Shown piece after piece: positions 9,377 to 17,266 of a stretch of 30,837 bases of DNA (its first letter is position 1; each line of letters begins with the position of its first letter). The notes below the pieces were generated by a model, which worked only from the letters and a program-made list of their open reading frames with translations, ran no database searches and was not told the DNA's origin. Origin of the DNA: Candidatus Krumholzibacteriia bacterium (GTDB lineage Bacteria > Krumholzibacteriota > Krumholzibacteriia > WVZY01 > JAKEHA01); the NCBI GenBank assembly GCA_041742575.1, contig JBGSIK010000403.1:1-30837 (forward strand), written 5' to 3'. The translations under genes were made by a program, and so were the position numbers.

Positions 9377-9661
9377 CTAGCGCCGGTCGCGTCCGCGACC
9401 ACCGCCGGTGGGCTTGCGCTCGCGCGCTTCGTTCACCTGGATGGTGCGGCCGTTGAAATCCGTGCCGTTGAGCGCGGCGATCGCGGCCTGAGCGCCCTTC
9501 TCGTCCATCTCGACGAAACCGAAGCCGCGGGGGCGGCCGGTGTCGCGATCGGTGACGAGGGACACGTCGGATACGGTGCCGTGGGCCTCGAAAGCAGCCC
9601 GAACGGTTTCCACAGTCGCGTCGAACGGAAGATTGCCGACATACAGTCTCTTACTGGCCAT
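9377..9661 (-). CDS. Single-RRM RNA-binding protein (bacterial Rbp type) with a Gly/Arg tail
   Basis: RNP2 LYVGNL, RNP1 RGFGFVEM and C-terminal VNEARERKPTGGGRG. SD AAGGAG is upstream. Confidence 0.95.
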   Translation of the reverse strand: MASKRLYVGNLPFDATVETVRAAFEAHGTVSDVSLVTDRDTGRPRGFGFVEMDEKGAQAAIAALNGTDFNGRTIQVNEARERKPTGGGRGRDRR

Positions 9662-9865
9662 ACAGAAACTCCTTCTTTCGCCCTCTTTGCGCCGGCGGCC
9701 ATTGGCTCCATTCGGAAACTCTGGCCGCGCCTTGTGTCACGTATTGGCGGGGTTGTTACCCATGCTCAATACACTCGCGTCAACTGGGCTCCGGAACCAA
9801 CTGTCGTCGCTGCGGGGCGAACCTAGCGGAAACGAGCGTGGTGGGAGAACCCTCTGCGTTGATCT

Positions 9866-9894
9866 AGATTAGCACGACTTTATCCTGCTTGCAA
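9866..9894 (-). promoter_or_regulatory. sigma70-type promoter of the RRM gene
   Basis: Minus strand reads TTGCAA-N17-TAATCT with an extended -10 TG, which implies a leader of about 200 nt. Confidence 0.55.
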
Positions 9895-10114
9895 CGAAAA
9901 ACTGCCGCAGGCGGTTGTTGGCGCCGGGCCACAAGCCCTTATAGGGTCGAGCGGGCCGTTTGTCGGCGAGCAATAATCATTCGGTCCATCGGCGAGCCGA
10001 CAACCGAGGCGACCGTCGTGCACGGAACTGCGATGGGCAATGCCGGCCGTAGGGAGCCGTGCCCGAGCGACCCTATAAGGGCTTGTGGCCCGGCGCCCCG
10101 GAACACCTACAGAA

Positions 10115-11260
10115 TTAGTACCAGCGGAATGCTCGCAGGCCGGCTGAAAAGCAGAACACCCCGATCGCCGTCAATATCAAAGCGGGGAGATATATGCCGC
10201 CATATCCGGCGCCCTCGATGAAGATGCTCCTCATGCCGTCCGCGAGCATGGTGAGGGGCAGTATCCGGATGTAGGGGATGCTCCACTCAGGGAAATTGTG
10301 ATAGCTGAAAAAGACCCCCGAAAGGATCAACATGGGCATGGAGACCGCGTTGATGATCCCGTTGGCGACCTCGGTGTTCCGCGTGCGCGCCGACACCAGG
10401 ATGGCGATGCCGGCAAACGCGATATTCCCGGCCAGGAAGATCACGAACAACGCCGAGGCGTCCCCCTGAATCGTGATGTGAAACGCGAGGTTCGCAAACA
10501 GGAAGAGAAGCGCGGACTCGACAAAGTTCATCCCGATGCGGACGGTCATCATCGCCATCAGAAAATGCGACTTTCTCATCGGTGTGGCGACCAGTCGCCT
10601 CAGGAGCTTCTTCGACCGTTTGTCGACGACGCCCCAGCTCATGCCCCACAGTGTGGACATCATGATTCCCATGGCCATGAGGCCCGGCACCAGGAAGTCG
10701 ATGTAGCGCGTGCCCGCGACAGTCAGCGGCTCGATGCTCTCTTCGCTCGTCATCTCAGGGATGTCGGTGCCGCCGAAGAGTCGTGACAGTTTGAGGTAGG
10801 TGAGCTGCGCGTCGGGATTGCGCGGATCGAAATGGTATTCGATCCGCCCGTGGTTTTCGTCGATGGCGACGGAGAGGCTCCCGCGCTTGAGTAGCGCCAT
10901 CGCGTCCTGCCAGCTGGCCTTCTCGAAGATGAACGTGGTGTTCCCGAGCTTCTCGCCCGGCACCGTGATCTTGTAGCGCAGGGGCTCATCGCCTGCCGGT
11001 TCGATCTTCGTGGTGCGGGCGCGAAGGAATGCCTCTATCAAGGAAGAACCATCGGGCACCGCGTGTTCCGCGCCTTCGGCTTCCAGCACGGCGACTTTGC
11101 GGACGACATCCGCCTTCCGCGTGAACGCGACTCCCAGGCCCAGCGACATGAGAATGGGAAAGACGATCCCCCAGAACAAAACCCCCCATTCACGGACGAT
11201 CTCCCTGAAATGGGTCGCCGTGAGCGCGGCGAACTGTTCTCGCGCAATCACTCTACTCAT
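10115..11260 (-). CDS. ABC-2 type exporter permease
   Basis: N-terminal TM, an extracytoplasmic domain, RYIDFLVPGL, LRRLVATPM, five further TMs and ILPLTMLADGMR. It overlaps the ATPase stop. Confidence 0.9.
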   Translation of the reverse strand: MSRVIAREQFAALTATHFREIVREWGVLFWGIVFPILMSLGLGVAFTRKADVVRKVAVLEAEGAEHAVPDGSSLIEAFLRARTTKIEPAGDEPLRYKITVPGEKLGNTTFIFEKASWQDAMALLKRGSLSVAIDENHGRIEYHFDPRNPDAQLTYLKLSRLFGGTDIPEMTSEESIEPLTVAGTRYIDFLVPGLMAMGIMMSTLWGMSWGVVDKRSKKLLRRLVATPMRKSHFLMAMMTVRIGMNFVESALLFLFANLAFHITIQGDASALFVIFLAGNIAFAGIAILVSARTRNTEVANGIINAVSMPMLILSGVFFSYHNFPEWSIPYIRILPLTMLADGMRSIFIEGAGYGGIYLPALILTAIGVFCFSAGLRAFRWY

Positions 11261-12188
11261 GGAGGTGTCTGCCCGTGAGGGAAGTGAACAGGTCGTCGAG
11301 CGTCTTTTTCCTGCACTCGAGATTCTTCAAGCGCAACTCCCTCTTCTCGAGGAAGTGCAGGAACTCCGGGAGCTCGCTCTCCATCCGGTCGAGGGACACC
11401 GTGCCCCTCTCGTTGGCGGTATCCCACCGAATCGGGAACGGCGCGTCTCTCTCCAGGAGGTCGAGCGGTGGTTGAGCGCCCTCCAGCGTGAACTCGATCA
11501 TCTTCTCCCCGTGGTCCTCATCCACGAGCTCCTTCAATGTGCCTTCCCTCAAGATCCGTCCTTTGTCGATGATCACGATGTAATCGCAGAGCCGTTCGGC
11601 TTCCTCCATGTAATGCGTGGTGAGGATGAGCGAGGTCTGCGACCGCTTTTTCAAACCAAGGAGGATCGACCACACTTCTCGCCGCGCGTTGGGATCCAAT
11701 CCGGTCGTGGGCTCGTCGAGGAGCAGAATTTTGGGATTGTTGAGGAGTGCGATCCCGAGGGCAAGCCGCTGCCGCTGGCCGCCGGAGAGGTTCACGACGT
11801 ACGATTTTCGTTTTTCTTCCAGACCGACGATGTCGATGATCTCCGCCACGCGCTTTTCATCGAGCTGGTAGAAGCTGCCGAAGAGTCCGAGGGTCTCGGA
11901 TACGCGCAGCTTGTCGATGAAGCGCGTTTCCTGGAGGGAGATGCCGATCATGCGGTGCAACTCGTCTTCGTTGCCGCGCCACTTCTTCCCCACGATGTGG
12001 ATTTCGCCGCTGTCGGGCCTCTGGATGCCTTCGATCATCTCGACCAAGGTGGTCTTGCCCGCGCCGTTGGGGCCGAGGAGGGCCACAAACTGTCCCCTCT
12101 CGATCCGGAGGCTCACTCCGCGAACGGCTTCGACGGCCTTGAAGGACTTGTAGACGTCTTTGACTTCAATAACGAGTTCGGCATTCAT
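11253..12188 (-). CDS. ABC transporter ATP-binding protein (CcmA/DrrA-like)
   Basis: Walker A GPNGAGKTT, signature LSGGQ, Walker B LLLDEPT and H-loop LTTHYMEEAE. Confidence 0.95.
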   Translation of the reverse strand: MNAELVIEVKDVYKSFKAVEAVRGVSLRIERGQFVALLGPNGAGKTTLVEMIEGIQRPDSGEIHIVGKKWRGNEDELHRMIGISLQETRFIDKLRVSETLGLFGSFYQLDEKRVAEIIDIVGLEEKRKSYVVNLSGGQRQRLALGIALLNNPKILLLDEPTTGLDPNARREVWSILLGLKKRSQTSLILTTHYMEEAERLCDYIVIIDKGRILREGTLKELVDEDHGEKMIEFTLEGAQPPLDLLERDAPFPIRWDTANERGTVSLDRMESELPEFLHFLEKRELRLKNLECRKKTLDDLFTSLTGRHLHE

Positions 12189-12298
12189 CGGTGGACCCTG
12201 GTATCGGTGCTGCGCGCCCGATGGCGCGGTGATGCGTCCATCGATCCTAAACCGTCTCGGGGCTTTTCGTAAGGTGTTTTTCCGGCGCTGCGGTGCGG

Positions 12299-12324
12299 CC
12301 GGGACCCTCTGCGGGCCCGGTTTT
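12299..12324 (+). terminator. Terminator-like hairpin
   Basis: CCGGGACCC-TCTGC-GGGCCCGG followed by TTTT. No + strand gene lies directly upstream. Confidence 0.35.
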
Positions 12325-12418
12325 CCTATTCCGCAAAGATGTTGTTGTTACGCATGTTGCGGACCGGCCGGCGGCTCCCGCCGCATGAAGAGCCGTTCGG
12401 AGTATTGCATTTACGTCT

Positions 12419-12448
12419 TTCCAAATGGTGTGCACACGGGTCTATAAT
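12419..12448 (+). promoter_or_regulatory. Candidate promoter of the LVIVD gene with a palindrome in the spacer
   Basis: Perfect TATAAT at 12443-12448, weak -35 TTCCAA, and a 10-bp palindrome GTGTGCACAC at 12428-12437. Confidence 0.45.
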
Positions 12449-12592
12449 GAGGAGTCCGCAATCCGTTGATCCTGTCGCGGGTGCGATGCACCACGAACGA
12501 ACCTTTGGAGGCCAGCGCCGGATCCTCACTGCATCAAACGCTCTGCAACGCCGCCACGAATCCGGCCCCGGACCTCGAACGGGAGGGAGACC

Positions 12593-15376
12593 ATGAGATT
12601 CCGTCCAGCGATCTTGGCGATATGTACGGGCTTCGTCGTTTTCGTTTCGCTCGCGATTCCGGCGGAAACTGCCGCCGGCACGTGGGCGGAGACCTTCAGC
12701 TCGGCGTTTTTCAAGTACCGCGAGAACACCACTGCAGTCTGGGACACCGTGGCGGGCGAGATCCGGCTGCCTCCATTCAGCATGAGCCTGGTGGGGAGTT
12801 GCGCTACACCGGACGACGCGCGGGACGTCGAGGTCAGAGGAAACTTCGCTTATGTCACCGACAATGTTGGTTTGCAGATCATCGATATCGGGGACCCAGC
12901 CCACCCGGTGTTGATGGGTGGTTGTGACACGCCCGGCTACCCCATTGGGATCGCGATCGACGGCCATTACGCGTACGTGGCCGACTACCCCTCGGCTCTC
13001 AAAGTGATCGACGTGAGCGATCCCACCAGCCCGTCGCTCATAGGGAGTTATGCGATCACTGGTTCGGCGTACGATGTTGCGGTCGCGGGCGATTACGCGT
13101 ACGTGGCGGCGGCAACGCAGGCGTTGGTGGTGATCGACGTGAGCGACCCGACCAACCCAACGTACGTCGACGAATTGCCCGGAACGGAAGCATACTTTGT
13201 GGCGATCTCCGGCAACCACGCCTACGTGAGCGATGGCGACAACGGTATGATGGTGGTGGATATCACGGATCCCACCGATATTGTGCAGGTCGGCAGCTGC
13301 GGCACCGGCGGCCCGGCAAGAAAATCCGTCGTGCGCGGCGATTATCTCTACGTGGCGAATTGGACTGCGGGCTTCGCCGTGGTCGACATAACCGAACCGA
13401 CGGCCCCGGCGCTCGTCGGAGCATGCGCGATTCCCGGGATGTGCCGTGCACTGGACGTGACAGGGGATTACGCGTACGTGACAGGCTACCACACCGGGCT
13501 CTCGGTGGTCGACGTGAGGGACCCGGCCAATCCGGTGTTCGGCGACAGCGTGGACACGCCCGGCTATGCGTTCGGAGTCGATGCCGTGGGCGAATACGCG
13601 TTCGTGGCGGATTACGCTGGGGGGCTTCAGGTCGTCCGCATTTCCCATCGCACGCCGACGCCGATTGTCGCCGGGAATGTCCCGGCGGTCGCGGGCTCCT
13701 TCGGCGTGGCGGTGAGCGGAGACTTCGCGTATGTCGGCGAGACAACATCCGGTGTCCGGGTTGTTGACATCAGCGATCCGGAAAACCCGGTGCTCGTGAA
13801 CACCGTCAGCGTCAGCGGCTCCGCGTGGGAGTTCGACATCGAGGGCAACGAGCTTTATCTCGCCGCCGCGACAGGGCATTTCAAGGTCTTCGATATCAGC
13901 AAACCCACCGCTCCGATTCTGGTGGGTGGCTACAACACGATCGGGAACCAGACCAATGACGTCGCGGTCGCCGGCGACTACGCATATCTCGCGGACTACG
14001 ACGCCGGATTGTACGTGTTGGATGTGAGCAATCCCGCCAAGCCCGACTCCGTCGGCCGCTACGACACGCCGAGTATTGCGTGGGGTGTCGCGGTGGCTGG
14101 GGACTACGCGTACGTGGCTAACTCCGGCATCGGGCTGATGATCTTCGACATCCGCGATCCAGCACACCCCGCGCTCGTCGGGACCTACAATACCCCCAGT
14201 TCGGCGAACAAGGTCTGCCTCGACGGCCAACTTGCGTTCGTGGCCGATGGGACCGGCGGCCTCGTCATTGTGGACGTGACCGACCCGGCCGCGCCGGCGC
14301 TGGTCGGGAGCTACGTTACCCCGACCTACGCCATGGGCGTGGCCGTGGTCGGCGACCGAGCATTCGTAGCGACGCACACCGCCGGTCTGTACGTCATTGA
14401 CGTGAGCGACCCGGTAAGCCCGGTTTTGGAATCGTCCTACGACACGCCGGGTGATGCCCGAGCGCTTGACGTGGCCGGAGATCACGTGTTCCTCGGTGAC
14501 AATATGGGCGGGCTCGACGTGTTCCAGGTGTACGAGCGGTCGATGGATCTGTCGAAAAACGTCGCGCAGAGCAAGCGACTGCACATGTCGGGGGTTGTGG
14601 ACCGCATCAGAGTGATCCCGCAGCAGACAGACTCCATCGCGTGGGAAGTGAGCGCGGATGCGGGCGCGACCTGGCAGAGTGTGCCGGACACGCTGTGGAC
14701 CGACCTCATGTCGCCCGGGACGGAACTTTGCTGGCGGGCGACCCTACAGTTCACGACGCTTGGTGCGTATCCGACGTGCGACGAGATTCAATTCGAATTC
14801 ATGGATGACATCGCCTCGACATTTATCGAGAGCTTTGCGGCGGTGGTGCTGGATGTGGGGGTGGAGCTCACGTGGGAGATCACGAGCGATGATGCGGTGA
14901 GCGGGTTCGAGATCTACCGTGGGGTTGTGGCGGGAGATCTGGGCGAGCGGGTGAGTGGGTCGGGGATGATACCCGCAGAGGCGAGAAGCTACGTGGACGA
15001 GACCACCGACGGGCGGACATACGCGTACACGCTGCGTGTGGTGTTGGCGGACGGTTCGGTGGTGGAGTCGCGGACGGTGGAAGTGAGTGCGCCGGTGCGG
15101 ACGCTTGCGCTCCATCAGAACTACCCGAACCCGTTCAATCCGACGACAATGATCTCGTTCGCGCTGCCTGCGGAGAGCATGGTGGAGCTGGCGGTCTACG
15201 ATGTGGAAGGGCGTTTGGTGCGAAGGCTGGTGCGGGGGCCGATGACTGCGGGAGTCAAGGAGGTAACGTGGGACGGTCGCGACGACGGCGGGAATCCCGT
15301 GGGCTCGGGGGTTTATCTGTACCAGTTGAGAGCGGGCACACGCACGCTGGCGAAGAAGATGGTGCTTTTGAAGTAG
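12593..15376 (+). CDS. Secreted LVIVD-repeat beta-propeller protein with a C-terminal FlgD-Ig/T9SS-type domain
   Basis: Signal peptide, then 14 repeats of consensus GLxVIDVSDPxxPxLVGSYDTPGxAxGVAVAGDYAYVAD, then QNYPNPFNP...WDGRDD...GVYLYQL...KKMVLLK. SD GGGAGA precedes the ATG. Confidence 0.92.
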   Translation: MRFRPAILAICTGFVVFVSLAIPAETAAGTWAETFSSAFFKYRENTTAVWDTVAGEIRLPPFSMSLVGSCATPDDARDVEVRGNFAYVTDNVGLQIIDIGDPAHPVLMGGCDTPGYPIGIAIDGHYAYVADYPSALKVIDVSDPTSPSLIGSYAITGSAYDVAVAGDYAYVAAATQALVVIDVSDPTNPTYVDELPGTEAYFVAISGNHAYVSDGDNGMMVVDITDPTDIVQVGSCGTGGPARKSVVRGDYLYVANWTAGFAVVDITEPTAPALVGACAIPGMCRALDVTGDYAYVTGYHTGLSVVDVRDPANPVFGDSVDTPGYAFGVDAVGEYAFVADYAGGLQVVRISHRTPTPIVAGNVPAVAGSFGVAVSGDFAYVGETTSGVRVVDISDPENPVLVNTVSVSGSAWEFDIEGNELYLAAATGHFKVFDISKPTAPILVGGYNTIGNQTNDVAVAGDYAYLADYDAGLYVLDVSNPAKPDSVGRYDTPSIAWGVAVAGDYAYVANSGIGLMIFDIRDPAHPALVGTYNTPSSANKVCLDGQLAFVADGTGGLVIVDVTDPAAPALVGSYVTPTYAMGVAVVGDRAFVATHTAGLYVIDVSDPVSPVLESSYDTPGDARALDVAGDHVFLGDNMGGLDVFQVYERSMDLSKNVAQSKRLHMSGVVDRIRVIPQQTDSIAWEVSADAGATWQSVPDTLWTDLMSPGTELCWRATLQFTTLGAYPTCDEIQFEFMDDIASTFIESFAAVVLDVGVELTWEITSDDAVSGFEIYRGVVAGDLGERVSGSGMIPAEARSYVDETTDGRTYAYTLRVVLADGSVVESRTVEVSAPVRTLALHQNYPNPFNPTTMISFALPAESMVELAVYDVEGRLVRRLVRGPMTAGVKEVTWDGRDDGGNPVGSGVYLYQLRAGTRTLAKKMVLLK

Positions 15377-15395
15377 GTGCCGAACAACGACGGTT

Positions 15396-15438
15396 TCCGC
15401 GGGGTGCCCGCGAACGTCGGTAGCGGACACCCCGCGGA
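15396..15438. repeat. GC-rich 16-bp stem-loop downstream of the LVIVD gene
   Basis: TCCGCGGGGTGCCCGC / GCGGACACCCCGCGGA with one mismatch and an 11-nt loop. No U-tract follows. Confidence 0.7.
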
Positions 15439-15486
15439 CTGGCTGGACCTGAGAGAAAACGATGTTGAACTGGAGGTGGATGGATC

Positions 15487-15666
15487 ATGTCCCTCACGGA
15501 TGACCAGCGGGACGCCGCACTGAAGGCCCTTCGGGGCGCCGAGGACGCGCTGCAGTACGCCATGTCCGGAGTCAAGGGCGGTGAGGAGGCGGCAACGCTT
15601 CGCAATCGAATAGAGGAAGTCGAGCACTACCTCGTCCGGGCCAAGAAAGAACTCAAGTTCGTTTGA
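15487..15666 (+). CDS. 59-aa small helical protein of unknown function (not in the ORF track)
   Basis: SD GGAGGT at 15472-15477, 9 nt before the ATG. Translation: MSLTDDQRDAALKALRGAEDALQYAMSGVKGGEEAATLRNRIEEVEHYLVRAKKELKFV. Third positions are mostly G/C, like the neighbouring genes. Confidence 0.75.
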   Translation: MSLTDDQRDAALKALRGAEDALQYAMSGVKGGEEAATLRNRIEEVEHYLVRAKKELKFV

Positions 15667-15718
15667 GCCCCCGGGGCCATTTGTCACCCCCGCCACTGGT
15701 GTAGAATATTCTCCAGCA

Positions 15719-15736
15719 TTGTGGATATGTCCACAA
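15719..15736. promoter_or_regulatory. Palindromic operator candidate upstream of cusCBA
   Basis: TTGTGGA-TATG-TCCACAA has perfect 7-bp arms. AGAATATTCT lies just upstream, and a TTGACG hexamer is at 15764-15769. Confidence 0.45.
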
Positions 15737-15853
15737 ATCTGGCTGCGAAACAGACATCCTCCCTTGACGTAACTATAACCTACATAACCGGATACGTGTA
15801 AGCACGTCCGGGGCACGGTCATTGCTGTGGCATCTGTGGAAGGACCGATCCAC

Positions 15854-17266
15854 ATGATGTCCACAGACCGAGTATTGGTGTCGCCGGACCGCTACCGGCG
15901 AGCACACGGGAGCGCCCGCATTGGGCGGAAGGCCGTTCGTGGTCACGCCTGCGCTCCTGCCGTCTGGCTCGTGCTCTCCATTTTGCTCTGTGGGGTGGCG
16001 CACGGCGGCACGTCATCGATCGTTCAATCGCCAACGGTCTCCGCCGACAGCCTCGCCCTCCGGCAGGTCATAGCCGAAGTACTCTCTCGAAACGACCGCG
16101 TCGCAGCCGCCCGTTTCATGGAGGAGGCGGCAAAGAGACGTGTTGGGGCCGCGGGATCTTGGGACGATCCCGTCCTCACGCTGGGCCTCGAAAATTCCCC
16201 TCCCTCGTTCGACCTCGACGAAGATCCCATGACCATGAAGGTCATCGGTCTTCGACAGGCCATACCGTACTCGGGATTCAAGGGACTGCAGGCAAAATCA
16301 GTCCAGGCCGATGCGAACGCCACCGTCGAAGAGCGGCGCGCGACCGAGTCGGAACTCGCGACGGCGGCCAAGATCGCCTATTACGACGTCTACTATCGGG
16401 AGCGTGTGCTCTCCGAACTCGAAAAGCAGCGGCGACTTCTCGAACAAATCGTCGAGTCTTCAACGGCCAAGCTCCGCGCCAATCAAGCGGGCCAGGACGA
16501 AGTGCTCGCGGCACAAGCCGACCTCTGGCGATTGGAACCGATGCTGATGCAGCAGAATCAAGAAATCGGGTCGGCTCGCTACGAATTGAACGCGCTGCGC
16601 GGAGCGGATCCGGCCGGCGATCGGAGGCCGCTTGCTTCGCTCGTGGCTCCGGTTCCACCAGAGACTGCGGAGGAGTGGCTTTGCGCGGCGTCGGCAAATT
16701 ACCCGCCCTTGAAGAAGCTCGATCACCAGGCCGAGAGCTACGCGCTCTCCGCGGAGGCGGCCGGTCGCATGCAATGGCCGATGCTCGAACTCGGGGCGGC
16801 CTACGGTTTCCGCGCCGACGGGGAGATGGAGCCCCGCGACGACATGATCACCATCGAGGCCATGATCTCGCTCCCGGTTTTCGCCGGACGCAAACAGGGG
16901 GACATGGCGCTGTCGATGGCGGCGATGGAAAAGGGCGCGCGCGCCGAGGCGGTACAACGCAGGCGGGACGTGGAACGCGAGCTCCTGGCCCTTCACGATC
17001 GCGCGCGGGTTCTCTCCGAGAGCCTCCGCATGTATAGAGAACGCGTGATCCCCACCGCGGAAGACGCCTACCGCTCCGCGCTCGCGGGATACATCAACAA
17101 TCGCACATCGTTCATCGCCGTTCTCGCTTACGCGCAGGGAGTCTGCCGCGACCGCGTGACGGCCATCGATCTCGAAGCTGAAGTCCACCGCACCCTCGCT
17201 CAGGCGGAGATGTACACGACCGACCCCGACGACTGGGGGGCTGATAGAAAGGAAGACGCGAGATGA
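15854..17266 (+). CDS. cusC: TolC-family outer-membrane factor of a heavy-metal efflux system (CusC-like)
   Basis: Helical OEP pattern (WDDPVLTLG, QAIPYSG, WPMLELGAAY, ISLPVFAG, YRERVIP). First gene of the CBA operon. SD GGAAGGA precedes ATG 15854, but the start is uncertain. Confidence 0.8.
   Translation: MMSTDRVLVSPDRYRRAHGSARIGRKAVRGHACAPAVWLVLSILLCGVAHGGTSSIVQSPTVSADSLALRQVIAEVLSRNDRVAAARFMEEAAKRRVGAAGSWDDPVLTLGLENSPPSFDLDEDPMTMKVIGLRQAIPYSGFKGLQAKSVQADANATVEERRATESELATAAKIAYYDVYYRERVLSELEKQRRLLEQIVESSTAKLRANQAGQDEVLAAQADLWRLEPMLMQQNQEIGSARYELNALRGADPAGDRRPLASLVAPVPPETAEEWLCAASANYPPLKKLDHQAESYALSAEAAGRMQWPMLELGAAYGFRADGEMEPRDDMITIEAMISLPVFAGRKQGDMALSMAAMEKGARAEAVQRRRDVERELLALHDRARVLSESLRMYRERVIPTAEDAYRSALAGYINNRTSFIAVLAYAQGVCRDRVTAIDLEAEVHRTLAQAEMYTTDPDDWGADRKEDAR

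Noticed and set aside
11010-12272. 420-aa plus-strand ORF and similar long antisense ORFs (for example 3527..4489, 7256..8224, 16460..17329, 19122..20096)
   Set aside because: They lie fully opposite well-supported genes, as expected from stop-codon scarcity in high-GC DNA.
12326-14584. 752-aa minus-strand ORF
   Set aside because: Antisense shadow of the LVIVD repeats. Its periodicity mirrors the sense repeats, and it has no SD or domain of its own.
15719-15736. DnaA boxes / replication origin
   Set aside because: The arms resemble TTATCCACA with 1-2 mismatches, but there are only two, with no DUE, box cluster, or dnaA/dnaN/gid context.
15313-15864. 183-aa minus-strand ORF
   Set aside because: It overlaps the LVIVD end, the better-supported 59-aa + ORF and the cus promoter region, and has no recognisable motif.
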